A stretch of 64,000 nt of DNA. Source: Candidatus Latescibacterota bacterium. Its GTDB lineage: Bacteria; Latescibacterota; UBA2968; UBA8231. The DNA is taken from positions 2,432,001 through 2,496,000 of the forward strand of contig OZ241867.1 in NCBI GenBank assembly GCA_965203175.1, in the 5' to 3' direction. The notes under the pieces were generated by a model. That model had not been told where the DNA came from, searched no databases, and was given only the letters and a program-made list of their open reading frames with translations. Every line of letters begins with the position of its first letter. Positions within the stretch are counted from its first letter, which is position 1. Positions 37,175 through 46,872 of the stretch are shown piece after piece. The translations under genes and the position numbers were made by a program.

Positions 37175-38278
37175 CTAGGCGCGGTCGCGGGCCGAGTGCA
37201 GGTAGTAGTCGGCGACCTGCCCGTGATTGTCGATGACGTGCACGCCCGGGTAGCGAATCGTCGTCGGACACACGTGCCAAGGCACGGCGAGGAGGTAGTC
37301 GCCGACTTCGGGCTGAGGACCAGACCAGGCGAAGACGCCGTGTTCTTCGTTTTGCCTGGTCAGCTCGGCCTTTGGGTTCTGCAAGAGCTTGGCCCGGGTC
37401 GCTAGGGGGCCATCGTCGCTGATGGCCTTGGTGCCCAAGTCCGTGGTAAGCGTCTGGTGCTCGGGATAGCGATCGATCACTTGCGTCAGGACGAGGGCCG
37501 CCGATTTGAAGGGTAGCTCGGCCATTTTGCTGCCGTACCCAGCATCCCAGTACACGCAGGTGCCTGGGGAGCCGTGCATCCCCTCGGTGCGGGCGTAGTA
37601 CAAAGAGGAAAAGGAGCCGCCGCCGACGACTCGGGGCACGGCCAAGCCCTCGCCTTCGAGGGCTGCTTTTAGGCGTTGGGTATCGCGGATGTGCCGCTCG
37701 GCCGCTGCTTGGCGCGCCTTAGGCTCGGAGAGGTTATCGTGCCCGTCGTACAAGTGCAGGCCGCCCGGCGACAGGTGGGGATGTTGCGCGACTTGGCGGT
37801 AGAGATCAACTGCCGCGTCCAAGGGGGCCCCGGTGCGGAACATGCCTACGTTGAGATCGATCATTACCCGCAGCGTTTGCTGCCGCTCTTGGGCTACGTC
37901 GCCCAAGACCTGCACGTGCACAGGGGCGCTGGCAATCGCGCTGACGATCGCCTCTCTTTGCGCCAACGCGGCGAAGCGCTGCACCTTGCTTTTTTGCACC
38001 AGCGGATAGGACAGGATGGCTTCCTGTGCGCCGGCGTCGAGGGTCATTTCCAGTTCCTTGAGCGTGGCGCATTTGAACCCGGCGACGCCAGACGCGAGCT
38101 GTTTGCGCGTTACGTCGATGGACTTGTGGGTCTTGACGTGGACGAACAGATGCTCGCTGCCGCCGGCTAGTTCGCCGACTACTTTTATGTTGTGGTCAAG
38201 CTGGTCGGCAAAGACCAGCATGGCTGGTGTCTCAATGTCGTCCGGCTCGGCGACTTTGTATTCTCCTACTTCGATCAC
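37175..38278 (-). CDS. PLP-dependent fold III enzyme, D-threonine aldolase/DSD1 family
   Basis: ETPAMLV, HVKTHK, YDGH, DLGTKA, NEEHG, PWHVCPT; start uncertain (GTG 38278). Confidence 0.85.
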   Translation of the reverse strand: MIEVGEYKVAEPDDIETPAMLVFADQLDHNIKVVGELAGGSEHLFVHVKTHKSIDVTRKQLASGVAGFKCATLKELEMTLDAGAQEAILSYPLVQKSKVQRFAALAQREAIVSAIASAPVHVQVLGDVAQERQQTLRVMIDLNVGMFRTGAPLDAAVDLYRQVAQHPHLSPGGLHLYDGHDNLSEPKARQAAAERHIRDTQRLKAALEGEGLAVPRVVGGGSFSSLYYARTEGMHGSPGTCVYWDAGYGSKMAELPFKSAALVLTQVIDRYPEHQTLTTDLGTKAISDDGPLATRAKLLQNPKAELTRQNEEHGVFAWSGPQPEVGDYLLAVPWHVCPTTIRYPGVHVIDNHGQVADYYLHSARDRA

Positions 38279-38413
38279 AGCTTTGCTTCCCGTTGGAGGT
38301 GGAGCGCGGAAGATAGCACAAGCCCCGACTGCGGACAAATTGGCCGCCGCGTTTTGGTGCGTTAAATTACGATTTGCAATTTTCCTACCACCCTCATCTA
38401 AAGGAAGCCTCGA

Positions 38414-39253
38414 ATGCTCAAACTAGGCTGCATGTCCCTCAGCTACAAAGACGAATTTGCCGCGAACAAGCTCGACTTGGAGCAGTTTATTGAACGCGCC
38501 TACCAGCTCGGCCTCGACGGCATCGACATTCACACGCGCGCCTTTACCTCGCTCGACCCGGCCTATCTGCGCAGCATTCGCATGCAGGCCTTCAGACGCG
38601 GGATCGCGCTTTCCTATATCGGCGTCAGCTCCAACTACGGCAAGCCCCAAGACGAGCTGGCCGCCGAAGTTGCCACCACTAAGGAGTGGATCGACGTGGC
38701 CGCGTTCATGGGCATTCCGCTGGTGCGGGTTTTTGCCGCGTGGATTCCCGAAGGCGACAGCGAAGAGGACGTGTGGGCGCGGATGATGCCCTGCTTGGAG
38801 GAAGTGGCTGCCCACGGCGAGGAAAAGGGCGTGGTGGTCGGCTTGCACAATCACAATCACGGCTGTGTCACGCGCACGGGCAAAGATGTGCGCCGCATTA
38901 TTGAGGGCGTCAATAATCCCTATTTCTCGCATATCCTCGACACGGGTCAATACGTTGGCTCGCCTGGGGCCTCGGGCCAGCGCGGGCACGAAGATCCGGC
39001 CCTCAACTTTTACGGCAGCATCGAGGAGACCGCGCCGTTGGCCGTCCACGTCCGCTGCAAGATCTATCGCATCCAAAGCGGCGTTGAAGAGTGGCTCAAC
39101 TATCCGCGCATCTTCGAGATTTTGAAGGGCGTCAACTACAATGGTTGGCTGTCGGTGGTGTACGAGGGGCAGGACGTGGAAGCAGAGGCGACCGCCGTGC
39201 CCAAGGCCGTGCGCTACTTGCGCGGCTTGATGGCCGAATACGACGCGGCGTAA
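38414..39253 (+). CDS. Sugar phosphate isomerase/epimerase (AP endonuclease 2 TIM barrel)
   Basis: LVRVF, GLHNH, LDTG, H-x-x-x-K, YNGWLSVVYEG. Confidence 0.85.
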   Translation: MLKLGCMSLSYKDEFAANKLDLEQFIERAYQLGLDGIDIHTRAFTSLDPAYLRSIRMQAFRRGIALSYIGVSSNYGKPQDELAAEVATTKEWIDVAAFMGIPLVRVFAAWIPEGDSEEDVWARMMPCLEEVAAHGEEKGVVVGLHNHNHGCVTRTGKDVRRIIEGVNNPYFSHILDTGQYVGSPGASGQRGHEDPALNFYGSIEETAPLAVHVRCKIYRIQSGVEEWLNYPRIFEILKGVNYNGWLSVVYEGQDVEAEATAVPKAVRYLRGLMAEYDAA

Positions 39254-39272
39254 GCAGCGAGGCCCGCGCAAC

Positions 39273-39680
39273 ATGGTCGCTGCGTTTGGCACACCCCACA
39301 CCTTTGTAAAATTCTGCCTGACTGGCCTCAGCGGGGTGGTGGTCAATCTCGGTTCGTTCCAGCTCCTGCTTGAACTCGGCGTCCACAAGTATCTGGCCTC
39401 ACCCATTGCGATTGAGATATCGGTCTTTTCGAACTTTTTCATCAATAACTATTGGACCTTTGCCGACCGCGCCCTGAGCGGCCGCAAGCGGATCCGAGGT
39501 TTGCGGTTTCACATCGTGTCGCTGCTGGCCCTTGGGGTGAGTTATTCGACGTTTGTCGTGCTATCGGTGTTGTTGCCGCAAGTTGATCCGGTGTGGCTGC
39601 AAGGGTGTGGAATCGCGCCGGGGACGTTGGTCAACTACGTCCTGAATTCGTACTGGACGTTTCGGGAGGAGGGGCGTTGA
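39273..39680 (+). CDS. GtrA family membrane protein
   Basis: KFCLTGLSGVVVN, NFFINNYWTF, NYVLNSYWTF; four TM segments. Confidence 0.9.
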   Translation: MVAAFGTPHTFVKFCLTGLSGVVVNLGSFQLLLELGVHKYLASPIAIEISVFSNFFINNYWTFADRALSGRKRIRGLRFHIVSLLALGVSYSTFVVLSVLLPQVDPVWLQGCGIAPGTLVNYVLNSYWTFREEGR

Positions 39681-39725
39681 TCGGTCTTGCTTGCTGAGAT
39701 GAACAAGTACGCCTAGGAGATAATT

Positions 39726-41453
39726 TTGTCGAAACGCAATCGATCTCAAGCGCATGGTCGCGGTGCCGCCGCACGCCGAGATAAGCGCAAGCAAGCGCTG
39801 CCTTGGTCAGTGCGCCTGCGCTCGATGTCCGACCTTCTGCTGCATCCAGCCCCTCCTGATGAGCGGCCGTGGAAATTTTTGCTGCCGGTGCTTGCATTGG
39901 CCTTTGTCGCACGAGCGGCCATTGCCCTGTCTGGCGATTTCGTCCTGCATCCCGACGAAATCATGCAGTATTTAGAGCCAGCGCATCGCTTAGTCTTCGG
40001 CAACGGCGTGACCTACTGGGAGTACTTCTACGGTGCCCGTTCGTGGCTAGTGCCTGGATTGGTCGCTGGCGTCTTAAAGTTGTTCGACATCGTCGGCCTT
40101 GGTCAGCCTGCTTGGTACGTCGGCGGCGTCAAGCTCGTGTTTTGCGCGATTTCCCTGCTCATCCCGGCGGGCATGTACTTTTTTGCCCGGTGGCACTTTG
40201 GCGAAACTGCGGCGCGGGTCGCGTTGCTGATGGGTGCTTTCTGGTACGAGCTTGTCGGTTTTGCCCATAAGCCGATGACCGAGTTTGTCGCCACCGCCCT
40301 GCTGGTGTCCTTACTTGCGCTCTGTGTGCGGCCTGCGTCGGACAGACTGCGGGTGGTTTTGACGGTGTCGGTGCTGGCGGTGCTGGCGGTGGCGATCCGG
40401 GTGCAGTATGCTCCGTTGGCCTTGATAGCTCTCGGTCTGTTCTTTTTGCGCACCGAGAAGAGGACTCAACTCGTACTGGCTGCGGCCACGGTTTTTGTCG
40501 CCATCGGCGTATTTGACGCGATTACGTGGGACGGTGGTTTGTTTCACTCCTACATAGTCTACACCCGACTCAATCTCACCCTCGACGACCTGATTATCAG
40601 TGCGAGCCCGGCATGGGAGTACCTCTATTGGCTCTTAATCGCTAGTGTGGGGCTGGTATCCCTGTGTATCTTAGCGGCCTTGCGCGATCTCCGCCGTTAC
40701 GCTTTGCTGCTGACACTCATCGCCCTTACGCTCCTGATTCACTCTACACAGTCTCACAAGATGTATCGCTTCATCTTCGCCATCATTCCGCTCTATTTGC
40801 TGGTGAGCGCGGATATGCTGGCGTGGTTATGGAAGAATAAACCGCGCTCATCGTTGGGGTTGACTGCCCTCATGCTGGCGGCATCCTTCGCAGCGATTTC
40901 CCTAGCTGGCATCCTGAACGCGCTGCCGTACCAAGCCAGAGTGTATCAGTCTCATACAGGGGCGACCGGCATTGTTGGCTTCCTGCGCAATCAGGATCCG
41001 ATCTTCGCTGCGTACCGCTATCTTGCCAGTGCGCCTAGGGTTTCTGCCGTGTGGCAGGTTGACCGTCTCTATTTCAACCTACCCGGTTATTACTACCTGC
41101 ATCGCGAGATTCCGTTCTACGACGCCAATACCGGGCGTCTCATATTCGCGGATCAAGAGAAAACAGAGGTGGAAGGCATGGAAGCGATTGCAGCCTCGGT
41201 TAGCCACATCGTGTCGGCGGATCCGGCTACTTTCGCTCCCGGCTACTCGGTAGAAAAAACATTCGGCACCATCCGAATCCTAGGCCGAGATGCGGACGAG
41301 CCGGCTGTCCGCCCATGGCAGGAGTACGTCCTGACGATCGGTGGCGACAGCTTCACTAAGGTAATGCGCAAACTCTATCCCGACGCACCCATTCCTCCGC
41401 CCAATTCGGGTATCCGGTTTGCCGACGAAGCGACGGAGATAAAAGGGCACTAG
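39726..41453 (+). CDS. GT-C mannosyltransferase, GT22 (Alg9/PIG-B-like)
   Basis: HPDEIMQYLEPAHRLVFGNG..YWEY..GARSW loop after TM1, HKMYRFI late motif, multiple TM segments. Confidence 0.75.
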   Translation: MSKRNRSQAHGRGAAARRDKRKQALPWSVRLRSMSDLLLHPAPPDERPWKFLLPVLALAFVARAAIALSGDFVLHPDEIMQYLEPAHRLVFGNGVTYWEYFYGARSWLVPGLVAGVLKLFDIVGLGQPAWYVGGVKLVFCAISLLIPAGMYFFARWHFGETAARVALLMGAFWYELVGFAHKPMTEFVATALLVSLLALCVRPASDRLRVVLTVSVLAVLAVAIRVQYAPLALIALGLFFLRTEKRTQLVLAAATVFVAIGVFDAITWDGGLFHSYIVYTRLNLTLDDLIISASPAWEYLYWLLIASVGLVSLCILAALRDLRRYALLLTLIALTLLIHSTQSHKMYRFIFAIIPLYLLVSADMLAWLWKNKPRSSLGLTALMLAASFAAISLAGILNALPYQARVYQSHTGATGIVGFLRNQDPIFAAYRYLASAPRVSAVWQVDRLYFNLPGYYYLHREIPFYDANTGRLIFADQEKTEVEGMEAIAASVSHIVSADPATFAPGYSVEKTFGTIRILGRDADEPAVRPWQEYVLTIGGDSFTKVMRKLYPDAPIPPPNSGIRFADEATEIKGH

Positions 41454-41682
41454 CTACAAAAAGTACAGAACTTCTAGGTTATTAACTGGCCAAAGGAAGA
41501 CCGACAAAAGAGACGCCGCAATGATCGGTCTCATCCAAGTCCTCGCGACAGGAATGAAGACAGGTGGCCCGCAACGACGCAAAATCCCAGCGAACGGTTG
41601 AAGACTCTCCCTCGCGGCTTTTCGTTGTGGGATGCTCTGGCCTTGTGTCGCGCTTGGTTTGCTAGCAGTCGCCAGCTACTTC

Positions 41683-42561
41683 TCAGGGAATGCCCAACTC
41701 TCGCCGGTACACCTCGTCTGCGTCAGCCTGCAACTGCCAGTAGGGCACCCGGATCGTCCGCATCAATTCGCCGCGCCCTCCATCGCTGTCCTCCCAGCGC
41801 AGAATCCGATGCGGATAGGCTTTTTCCGTCCACAGCGTCCGTTGCCGCTGGCCAATGCGCAGGTCCCAACGCACGCTGGCTAGCGTGCCGGTTGCCGTCT
41901 CAATCTGCTCCTCGGCGGCCTTGTGGATCCGCCCGGTCACGGTCGCATGGGGCTTATGCGCCTGCCGAAGCTGCCAAAAGCTCGGCAGTATATCCAACTC
42001 CCGCACCTCGCCTAGGTCCATAAACGGCCCTTGCAGTTCCCTGATGCGGATCAGTAAGTGGTCCTCGCTCGCAAAATGCTCGGGCTGCTTTAGCTGATAG
42101 GATCCACGGCCCTCGCTGGCAAAATAGCTGCTGATCTGCCCGTTGATCTGCCCGCCGCTGAACAGGGCCTCGTCAAAGACCTGCCCGCACCACTCTTGCG
42201 CGCTGAACGAAATGCGTCGCAGTTCAAAGGGATGCCGCTCGCCCGCCACTTGGCTGAAAACCGAGGTCATTACCGAATAGTCGTATATCCCAGTCGTAAA
42301 GTTGAGAATGTGGTTGAGCTTGAGCGCGTAGAATTGGTCGGCTTCCGGCATCGGTGAATCGACCTTGATAAAGGTCTGTCGGTGTAGGCTCTCGGTCACG
42401 AAAATCATCACCCCGTACCCCTGCCGCAGCTCGCTGTAGCGCGGCTGGACCACCTCGTAGCTAGAGATCTCGGCCTTCCCGTCGGCCCAATGCGCATAAA
42501 AATCCACCGCATCTGCTTGGGCTACGCCGAACAATATTGTCCCTATGATCCATTTTGTCAT
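41683..42561 (-). CDS. Conserved hypothetical secreted protein
   Basis: Signal peptide; GKAEISSYE...RYSELRQG...IFVTE...LKLN...FTTGIYDYS...QEWCG pattern recalled from an uncharacterised Bacteroidota-type family. Confidence 0.7.
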   Translation of the reverse strand: MTKWIIGTILFGVAQADAVDFYAHWADGKAEISSYEVVQPRYSELRQGYGVMIFVTESLHRQTFIKVDSPMPEADQFYALKLNHILNFTTGIYDYSVMTSVFSQVAGERHPFELRRISFSAQEWCGQVFDEALFSGGQINGQISSYFASEGRGSYQLKQPEHFASEDHLLIRIRELQGPFMDLGEVRELDILPSFWQLRQAHKPHATVTGRIHKAAEEQIETATGTLASVRWDLRIGQRQRTLWTEKAYPHRILRWEDSDGGRGELMRTIRVPYWQLQADADEVYRRELGIP

Positions 42562-42607
42562 GGCTGCCTCTCTTTCTCGTAGATCGAAATTTAATATGAA
42601 AAATACA

Positions 42608-42699
42608 TTGACGTATCGCTCGCTGATTGACTATATTTACAGAAGTTTGACATACAGAACAGCCCATTGATAACTTAAACAATTATTTAGTCAATCTAA
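42608..42699 (+). promoter_or_regulatory. feo promoter region with candidate iron-regulator box
   Basis: TTGACG-N18-TATATT and TTGACA-N18-TAACTT; GATAACTTAAACAATTATT (12/19 match to the Fur box) and TTAG-N5-CTAA at 42687-42699. Confidence 0.45.
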
Positions 42700-42728
42700 T
42701 TTCCGCCCAATCTAGCCGGAGCTATCGC

Positions 42729-42986
42729 GTGAAATTTCGCAAAACGCCCTGCACCTCAGATGCCCCCGCCCCCCTCGACTTGTCGCAGTTGCCTCGACAT
42801 AGCGAAGCCGTCGTCGCCGAAGTCTCGGCCCCAGCGCGCTTGGCCGCCCGCCTGCGCGAATTGGGCTTTTTGCCCGGTGAACACTTGCGCGTGTTGCGCT
42901 CTGGGACCGCGCTCATCGTCCAGGTAGGACAGACCCGCCTCGCGCTTCGGCGCAGGGATGCTGCCGCCATCCGCCTAGTCCCCTAG
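42729..42986 (+). CDS. feoA: Ferrous iron transport protein A
   Basis: RLRELGFLPG...LALRRRDAAAI; upstream of feoB. Confidence 0.9.
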   Translation: MKFRKTPCTSDAPAPLDLSQLPRHSEAVVAEVSAPARLAARLRELGFLPGEHLRVLRSGTALIVQVGQTRLALRRRDAAAIRLVP

Positions 42987-43010
42987 TTTTTCCTGCTCAG
43001 TAGGTCCTGT

Positions 43011-45143
43011 GTGCGGACGCTCGCACTTATTGGCAATCCCAATACGGGTAAGACTACGCTTTTTAATGCCCTGACCGGTCTTACACAGCGCGCCGGCAAC
43101 TACCCAGGCGTCACTGTGGAGCACAAAGTGGGGACCGTGACGCTGGATGGGGAAGGCGCGCTAGACCTGATTGACCTGCCCGGTGCCTATAGCCTCGCCG
43201 CGCACTCGCCCGACGAGATGCTGGCCATTGACGTGCTCTTGGGCCAACAGCAAGACGCGCCGCCCATAGATGGCATCTTGGCAGTCGTCGATGCCAGCAA
43301 CCTGCGGCGCAACCTCTACTTAGTCTCCCAACTCGCGGAAATAGATGTGCCCTTGGTCGTGGCCCTCAATATGGGGGACATAGCACTCCGGCGGGGCATG
43401 CGCATCGACGCCAGCGCCTTGTCTGAGGCGCTCGGCGCGCCGGTGGTGCCCGTCCTCGCCCACCGCCGAGAGGGGCTGGACGAACTGCGGCGCACCTTGG
43501 CGGCCTTGAGTGAGGATCCAGCGCCTGCACGGCCGCAGCGAGTGGAACTGCCCGACCAACTCCAGCGCGCCACCGCCGAACTGCAGGCCGCGGTCTCCGG
43601 ATCGCTCTCCTCAGTAGAGGCTCTGCGCGCCCTAGTCGATGAAGAAGGGTATGCCGAGCGCCGCTTGTTGGCATCTGCTGGCGATGGTATCACGGACCGC
43701 TTGCACGGTCTGCGCACGGCGGGTGCGGAGTCTCTGTCCGAATTGGAAAGCAGTGCCCGCTATGCTTGGATCGACGATCTGCTCGCGCAGGCGATTGACC
43801 AGCCCAGCCGCCTAGAGGGACGCCGCTCGGATCGGGCCGACCGCGTTCTCGCGCACCGCCTCTTCGGCGTGGCGATTTTTGTGTTGGTCAACGTGTTGGT
43901 GTTCGAAGCCATTTACACGTGGTCGGGGCCGCTGATGGACGGCATTGACGCGCTATTTGCCGCCTGCGGCGACCGCGCTGCTGCGCTCATCCCCCCCGGT
44001 GCCCTGCAAAGCCTCGTCGTCGATGGCCTCATCGCTGGCGTCGGCGGCGTGCTCATCTTCCTGCCGCAGATCGCCATCTTGTTCTTTTTTATCGCCCTGC
44101 TCGAAGACAGCGGCTACATGGCGCGGGCTGCACTGTTGATGGATCGGCTGCTCACCCGCGTGGGGCTGTCTGGCACGGCCTTTATGCCCCTGCTGTCCAG
44201 TTTTGCCTGCGCCGTTCCGGGCATCATGGCCGCTCGCACCATTGAAGACCGGCGCGACCGCTTTGCCACCATCTTGGTCGCGCCGCTGATGAGCTGCTCG
44301 GCGCGTCTGCCGGTGTACGTGCTCTTTATTGGGACCTTTGTCCCGGACCGCTCGCTGTTGGGTGGGGTCATCGGCTTGCAGGCGCTGACTCTGTTCGCCT
44401 TCTATTGCCTCGGCGCACTCGTTGCCATCCCGGTGGCTTGGTTGCTCAAGCGGACCTTGCTCAAGGGCGATCCCCCGCCCTTTCTGCTGGAGCTGCCTTC
44501 GTACAAGACGCCCGACCTGCGCACGGTGTTGCTGCGCGTGTACCACAGCGGCCGGGCCTTTGTCGTCCGCGCAGGCAGCCTCATCTTGGCGACGACGATT
44601 GCGATGTGGGCGCTGGCGTACTTCCCGCGCTCGGAAGCCGTGGTAGAGCGCCACCAAATTGAGCGCCAAGCGGTCGCGCCCGAAGCTCTCGACGCCTTGG
44701 CAAAGCGCCAAGCGGCCGAGCTGGTAGAAAACAGCTATCTCGGCCAAGCCGGGCATTGGGTCGCGCCGGCCGTGCGTCCTTTGGGATGGGATTGGCGCAT
44801 TGGCATGGCGGTCATCGCCTCCTTCCCGGCTCGCGAAGTCATTATCTCGGCCTTGGGCACCATTTATAGCCTCGGCGCGGGCGAGGACGAAGGCTCCGAG
44901 AGTCTGCGTGCGACCTTGGCCGCTGCTACGTGGCCGGATGGCCGCCCGATTTACACCTTGGCAGTGGCGCTGTCGATCATGGTTTTCTTCGCTCTCTGCG
45001 CTCAGTGTCTATCGACCTTGGTCGTTATCAAAAAAGAGACCGGCTCCTATGGCTGGGCCCTGTTCAGCTTTGGCTATATGACGGCCCTTGCTTATATCGG
45101 CGCGCTGGTGACCTACCAAGTCGGCACGGCGCTGGGATTTTGA
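43011..45143 (+). CDS. feoB: Ferrous iron transport protein B
   Basis: GNPNTGKT, GNYPGVTVE, DLPG, LEDSGYMAR, FACAVPGIMAART, MSCSARLPVY. Confidence 0.97.
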   Translation: MRTLALIGNPNTGKTTLFNALTGLTQRAGNYPGVTVEHKVGTVTLDGEGALDLIDLPGAYSLAAHSPDEMLAIDVLLGQQQDAPPIDGILAVVDASNLRRNLYLVSQLAEIDVPLVVALNMGDIALRRGMRIDASALSEALGAPVVPVLAHRREGLDELRRTLAALSEDPAPARPQRVELPDQLQRATAELQAAVSGSLSSVEALRALVDEEGYAERRLLASAGDGITDRLHGLRTAGAESLSELESSARYAWIDDLLAQAIDQPSRLEGRRSDRADRVLAHRLFGVAIFVLVNVLVFEAIYTWSGPLMDGIDALFAACGDRAAALIPPGALQSLVVDGLIAGVGGVLIFLPQIAILFFFIALLEDSGYMARAALLMDRLLTRVGLSGTAFMPLLSSFACAVPGIMAARTIEDRRDRFATILVAPLMSCSARLPVYVLFIGTFVPDRSLLGGVIGLQALTLFAFYCLGALVAIPVAWLLKRTLLKGDPPPFLLELPSYKTPDLRTVLLRVYHSGRAFVVRAGSLILATTIAMWALAYFPRSEAVVERHQIERQAVAPEALDALAKRQAAELVENSYLGQAGHWVAPAVRPLGWDWRIGMAVIASFPAREVIISALGTIYSLGAGEDEGSESLRATLAAATWPDGRPIYTLAVALSIMVFFALCAQCLSTLVVIKKETGSYGWALFSFGYMTALAYIGALVTYQVGTALGF

Positions 45144-45144
45144 A

Positions 45145-45282
45145 ATGGACTGGCAAACGCCAGTAGCCATCGCCGTTGCCGCACTCGCCGGAGCGTACGT
45201 GTTGTGGCGTTTAGCGCGGCCTTTTTTCCGCGGCAAGTCCCAACGCGACGAATCGTTGCAGATAGGGGACTCGGACGACTAG
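45145..45282 (+). CDS. Small FeoB-associated single-TM protein (45 aa)
   Basis: Manual translation MDWQTPVAIAVAALAGAYVLWRLARPFFRGKSQRDESLQIGDSDD, 1 nt after the feoB stop; below the ORF-track cutoff. Confidence 0.7.
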   Translation: MDWQTPVAIAVAALAGAYVLWRLARPFFRGKSQRDESLQIGDSDD

Positions 45283-45302
45283 CTGCGGTGATCTGGGTGG
45301 GA

Positions 45303-46385
45303 TTATCCCGCGCGACGCAAAAATCGCTTGCCCTCAAGCTGATCTACTAGGCCGTCGAGTTCCAACCTCAGCAGCACGTCGAGCAGGGTGGCGGGTGGTA
45401 GGGCGCTGTCTTGGGCGAGTTCGTCGATGTGCCGGGGTTGGCGCGACAGCAGGGCATAGACGCTCTCGTCCTCTGGCGGAAGAGTGGGTATGGGCACGGG
45501 CGCGCTTTGCGGGCGCGGTGACGCCCACATGGTCAATTCCTCTAGCACGTCCTCCACGTCCTCGACCAACTTCGCCCCGTCTTTGATGAGTTGATGGCAG
45601 CCTGCGTTGCGGCCCGAGCGCACGTCCCCGGGCACAGCGAAGACCTCGCGGTTTTGCTCCAAGGCGTGTTGGACCGTAATCAGCGCCCCGCTCTTTTGCG
45701 GAGCCTCGACGATGATCACTCCTAGGCTCAGACCGCTGATGATGCGGTTGCGGCGCGGGAAGGCTCCCCGCTCCGGTTGTGCCCCCCAAGCAAACTCGGA
45801 GACGATGGCCCCCCGTTCGCGGATTTGGCGGTAGAGTGGGGTGTGAGTGCGGGGATAGGGCACGTCGGCCCCGCAGCCCAACACGGCGATGGTGCGTCCC
45901 CCGGCCGCGAGCGCGGCCTCATGGGCCGCCGCGTCGATGCCGAAAGCCATGCCGCTGACGATGCAGATGCCTTGAGCTACTAAACTGCGGGCCAGCTCGG
46001 CGGCGATCAGCTTGCCGTTGTCCGATGCCTTGCGCGAGCCAACGATGGCCACGGTAGGAGGGGACAAATCGTCCGGCCCCAGCGCAAACAGCACGGGTGG
46101 TGGCGCGGCGATTTGGGCCAGTAGTTGGGGATAGTCCGCGTCTGCTGGAGCTAGGCAGCGTCCGCCCGCCGCGCAAAGCCGTTGCCATTGCTCGGCGGCC
46201 CAAGCAAAGTCGGCCTGTGTCGGCCGCTGCCCGGGCGCGTTGGCTCCCACAGCTGCAGTCCAATTTGCGGCGGTGAGGGCCTTTTGCGCCGAGCCAAAGT
46301 GATCTAGTAAGCGCCGCACGCGCCTGGGCGGCTCGGCTTGGCTCAGCGCGAGCAGCGCCTGCACTTCGCGCTGGGACTCAGGCAT
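45303..46385 (-). CDS. dprA: DNA-processing protein DprA
   Basis: VAIVGSR, VSGMAFGIDAAAH, FPRRNRIISGLS, SGALIT, REVFAVPG, C-terminal wHTH. Confidence 0.95.
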   Translation of the reverse strand: MPESQREVQALLALSQAEPPRRVRRLLDHFGSAQKALTAANWTAAVGANAPGQRPTQADFAWAAEQWQRLCAAGGRCLAPADADYPQLLAQIAAPPPVLFALGPDDLSPPTVAIVGSRKASDNGKLIAAELARSLVAQGICIVSGMAFGIDAAAHEAALAAGGRTIAVLGCGADVPYPRTHTPLYRQIRERGAIVSEFAWGAQPERGAFPRRNRIISGLSLGVIIVEAPQKSGALITVQHALEQNREVFAVPGDVRSGRNAGCHQLIKDGAKLVEDVEDVLEELTMWASPRPQSAPVPIPTLPPEDESVYALLSRQPRHIDELAQDSALPPATLLDVLLRLELDGLVDQLEGKRFLRRAG

Positions 46386-46872
46386 TTTGGAATTTCTCCC
46401 GCAGGCGTCGCTCGATACAAGGCGGCACGAACTGGTTCAACTGCCCGCCCATTTGCGCCACTTCGCGCACGACCGACGAACTGAGATACATGTACTCGGC
46501 CTTAGTCATTAGAAAGACTGTGTCGAACTCCGGCCACAGTGAACGATTGGTCAAAGCCATGGCGAACTCGTGCTCGAAGTCGGTTACTGCCCGCAGGCCC
46601 CGCACGGCCGTGCGGATGTTGTGCTGCCGCGCATAGTCAACGGTCAGGCCGTCGTGGAAATCGACCTTGGCTTGGGGCCAGTCGCTAATGGCCTCGGAAA
46701 TCATCGCCCGGCTCTCCTCCAGCGAAAAGAGCGGCTTTTTGTTGGGATTGATCGCGACCAGTAGGGTGACTCGGGAGAAGATGCCCAAGGCCCGCTCTAG
46801 GATGTTCAGGTGGCCGAAGGTGATGGGGTCGAAGCTGCCGGGATAGATAGCTGTGTCTGCAAAGCTGTTCAT
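46378..46872 (-). CDS. coaD: Pantetheine-phosphate adenylyltransferase
   Basis: IYPGSFDPITFGH, RGLRAVTDFEHE, SSSVVREVA. Confidence 0.97.
   Translation of the reverse strand: MNSFADTAIYPGSFDPITFGHLNILERALGIFSRVTLLVAINPNKKPLFSLEESRAMISEAISDWPQAKVDFHDGLTVDYARQHNIRTAVRGLRAVTDFEHEFAMALTNRSLWPEFDTVFLMTKAEYMYLSSSVVREVAQMGGQLNQFVPPCIERRLREKFQNA

Noticed and set aside
38423-39445. Long antisense or alternative-frame ORFs (also 43953-44756, 47692-48345, 48355-49101, 15412-16074)
   Set aside because: Shadows of well-supported genes in GC-rich DNA, with no motifs.
41683-42561. Maf/septum-formation label that I recall being attached to this family
   Set aside because: No Maf motifs (LAS.SPRR, ADT) and it has a signal peptide.
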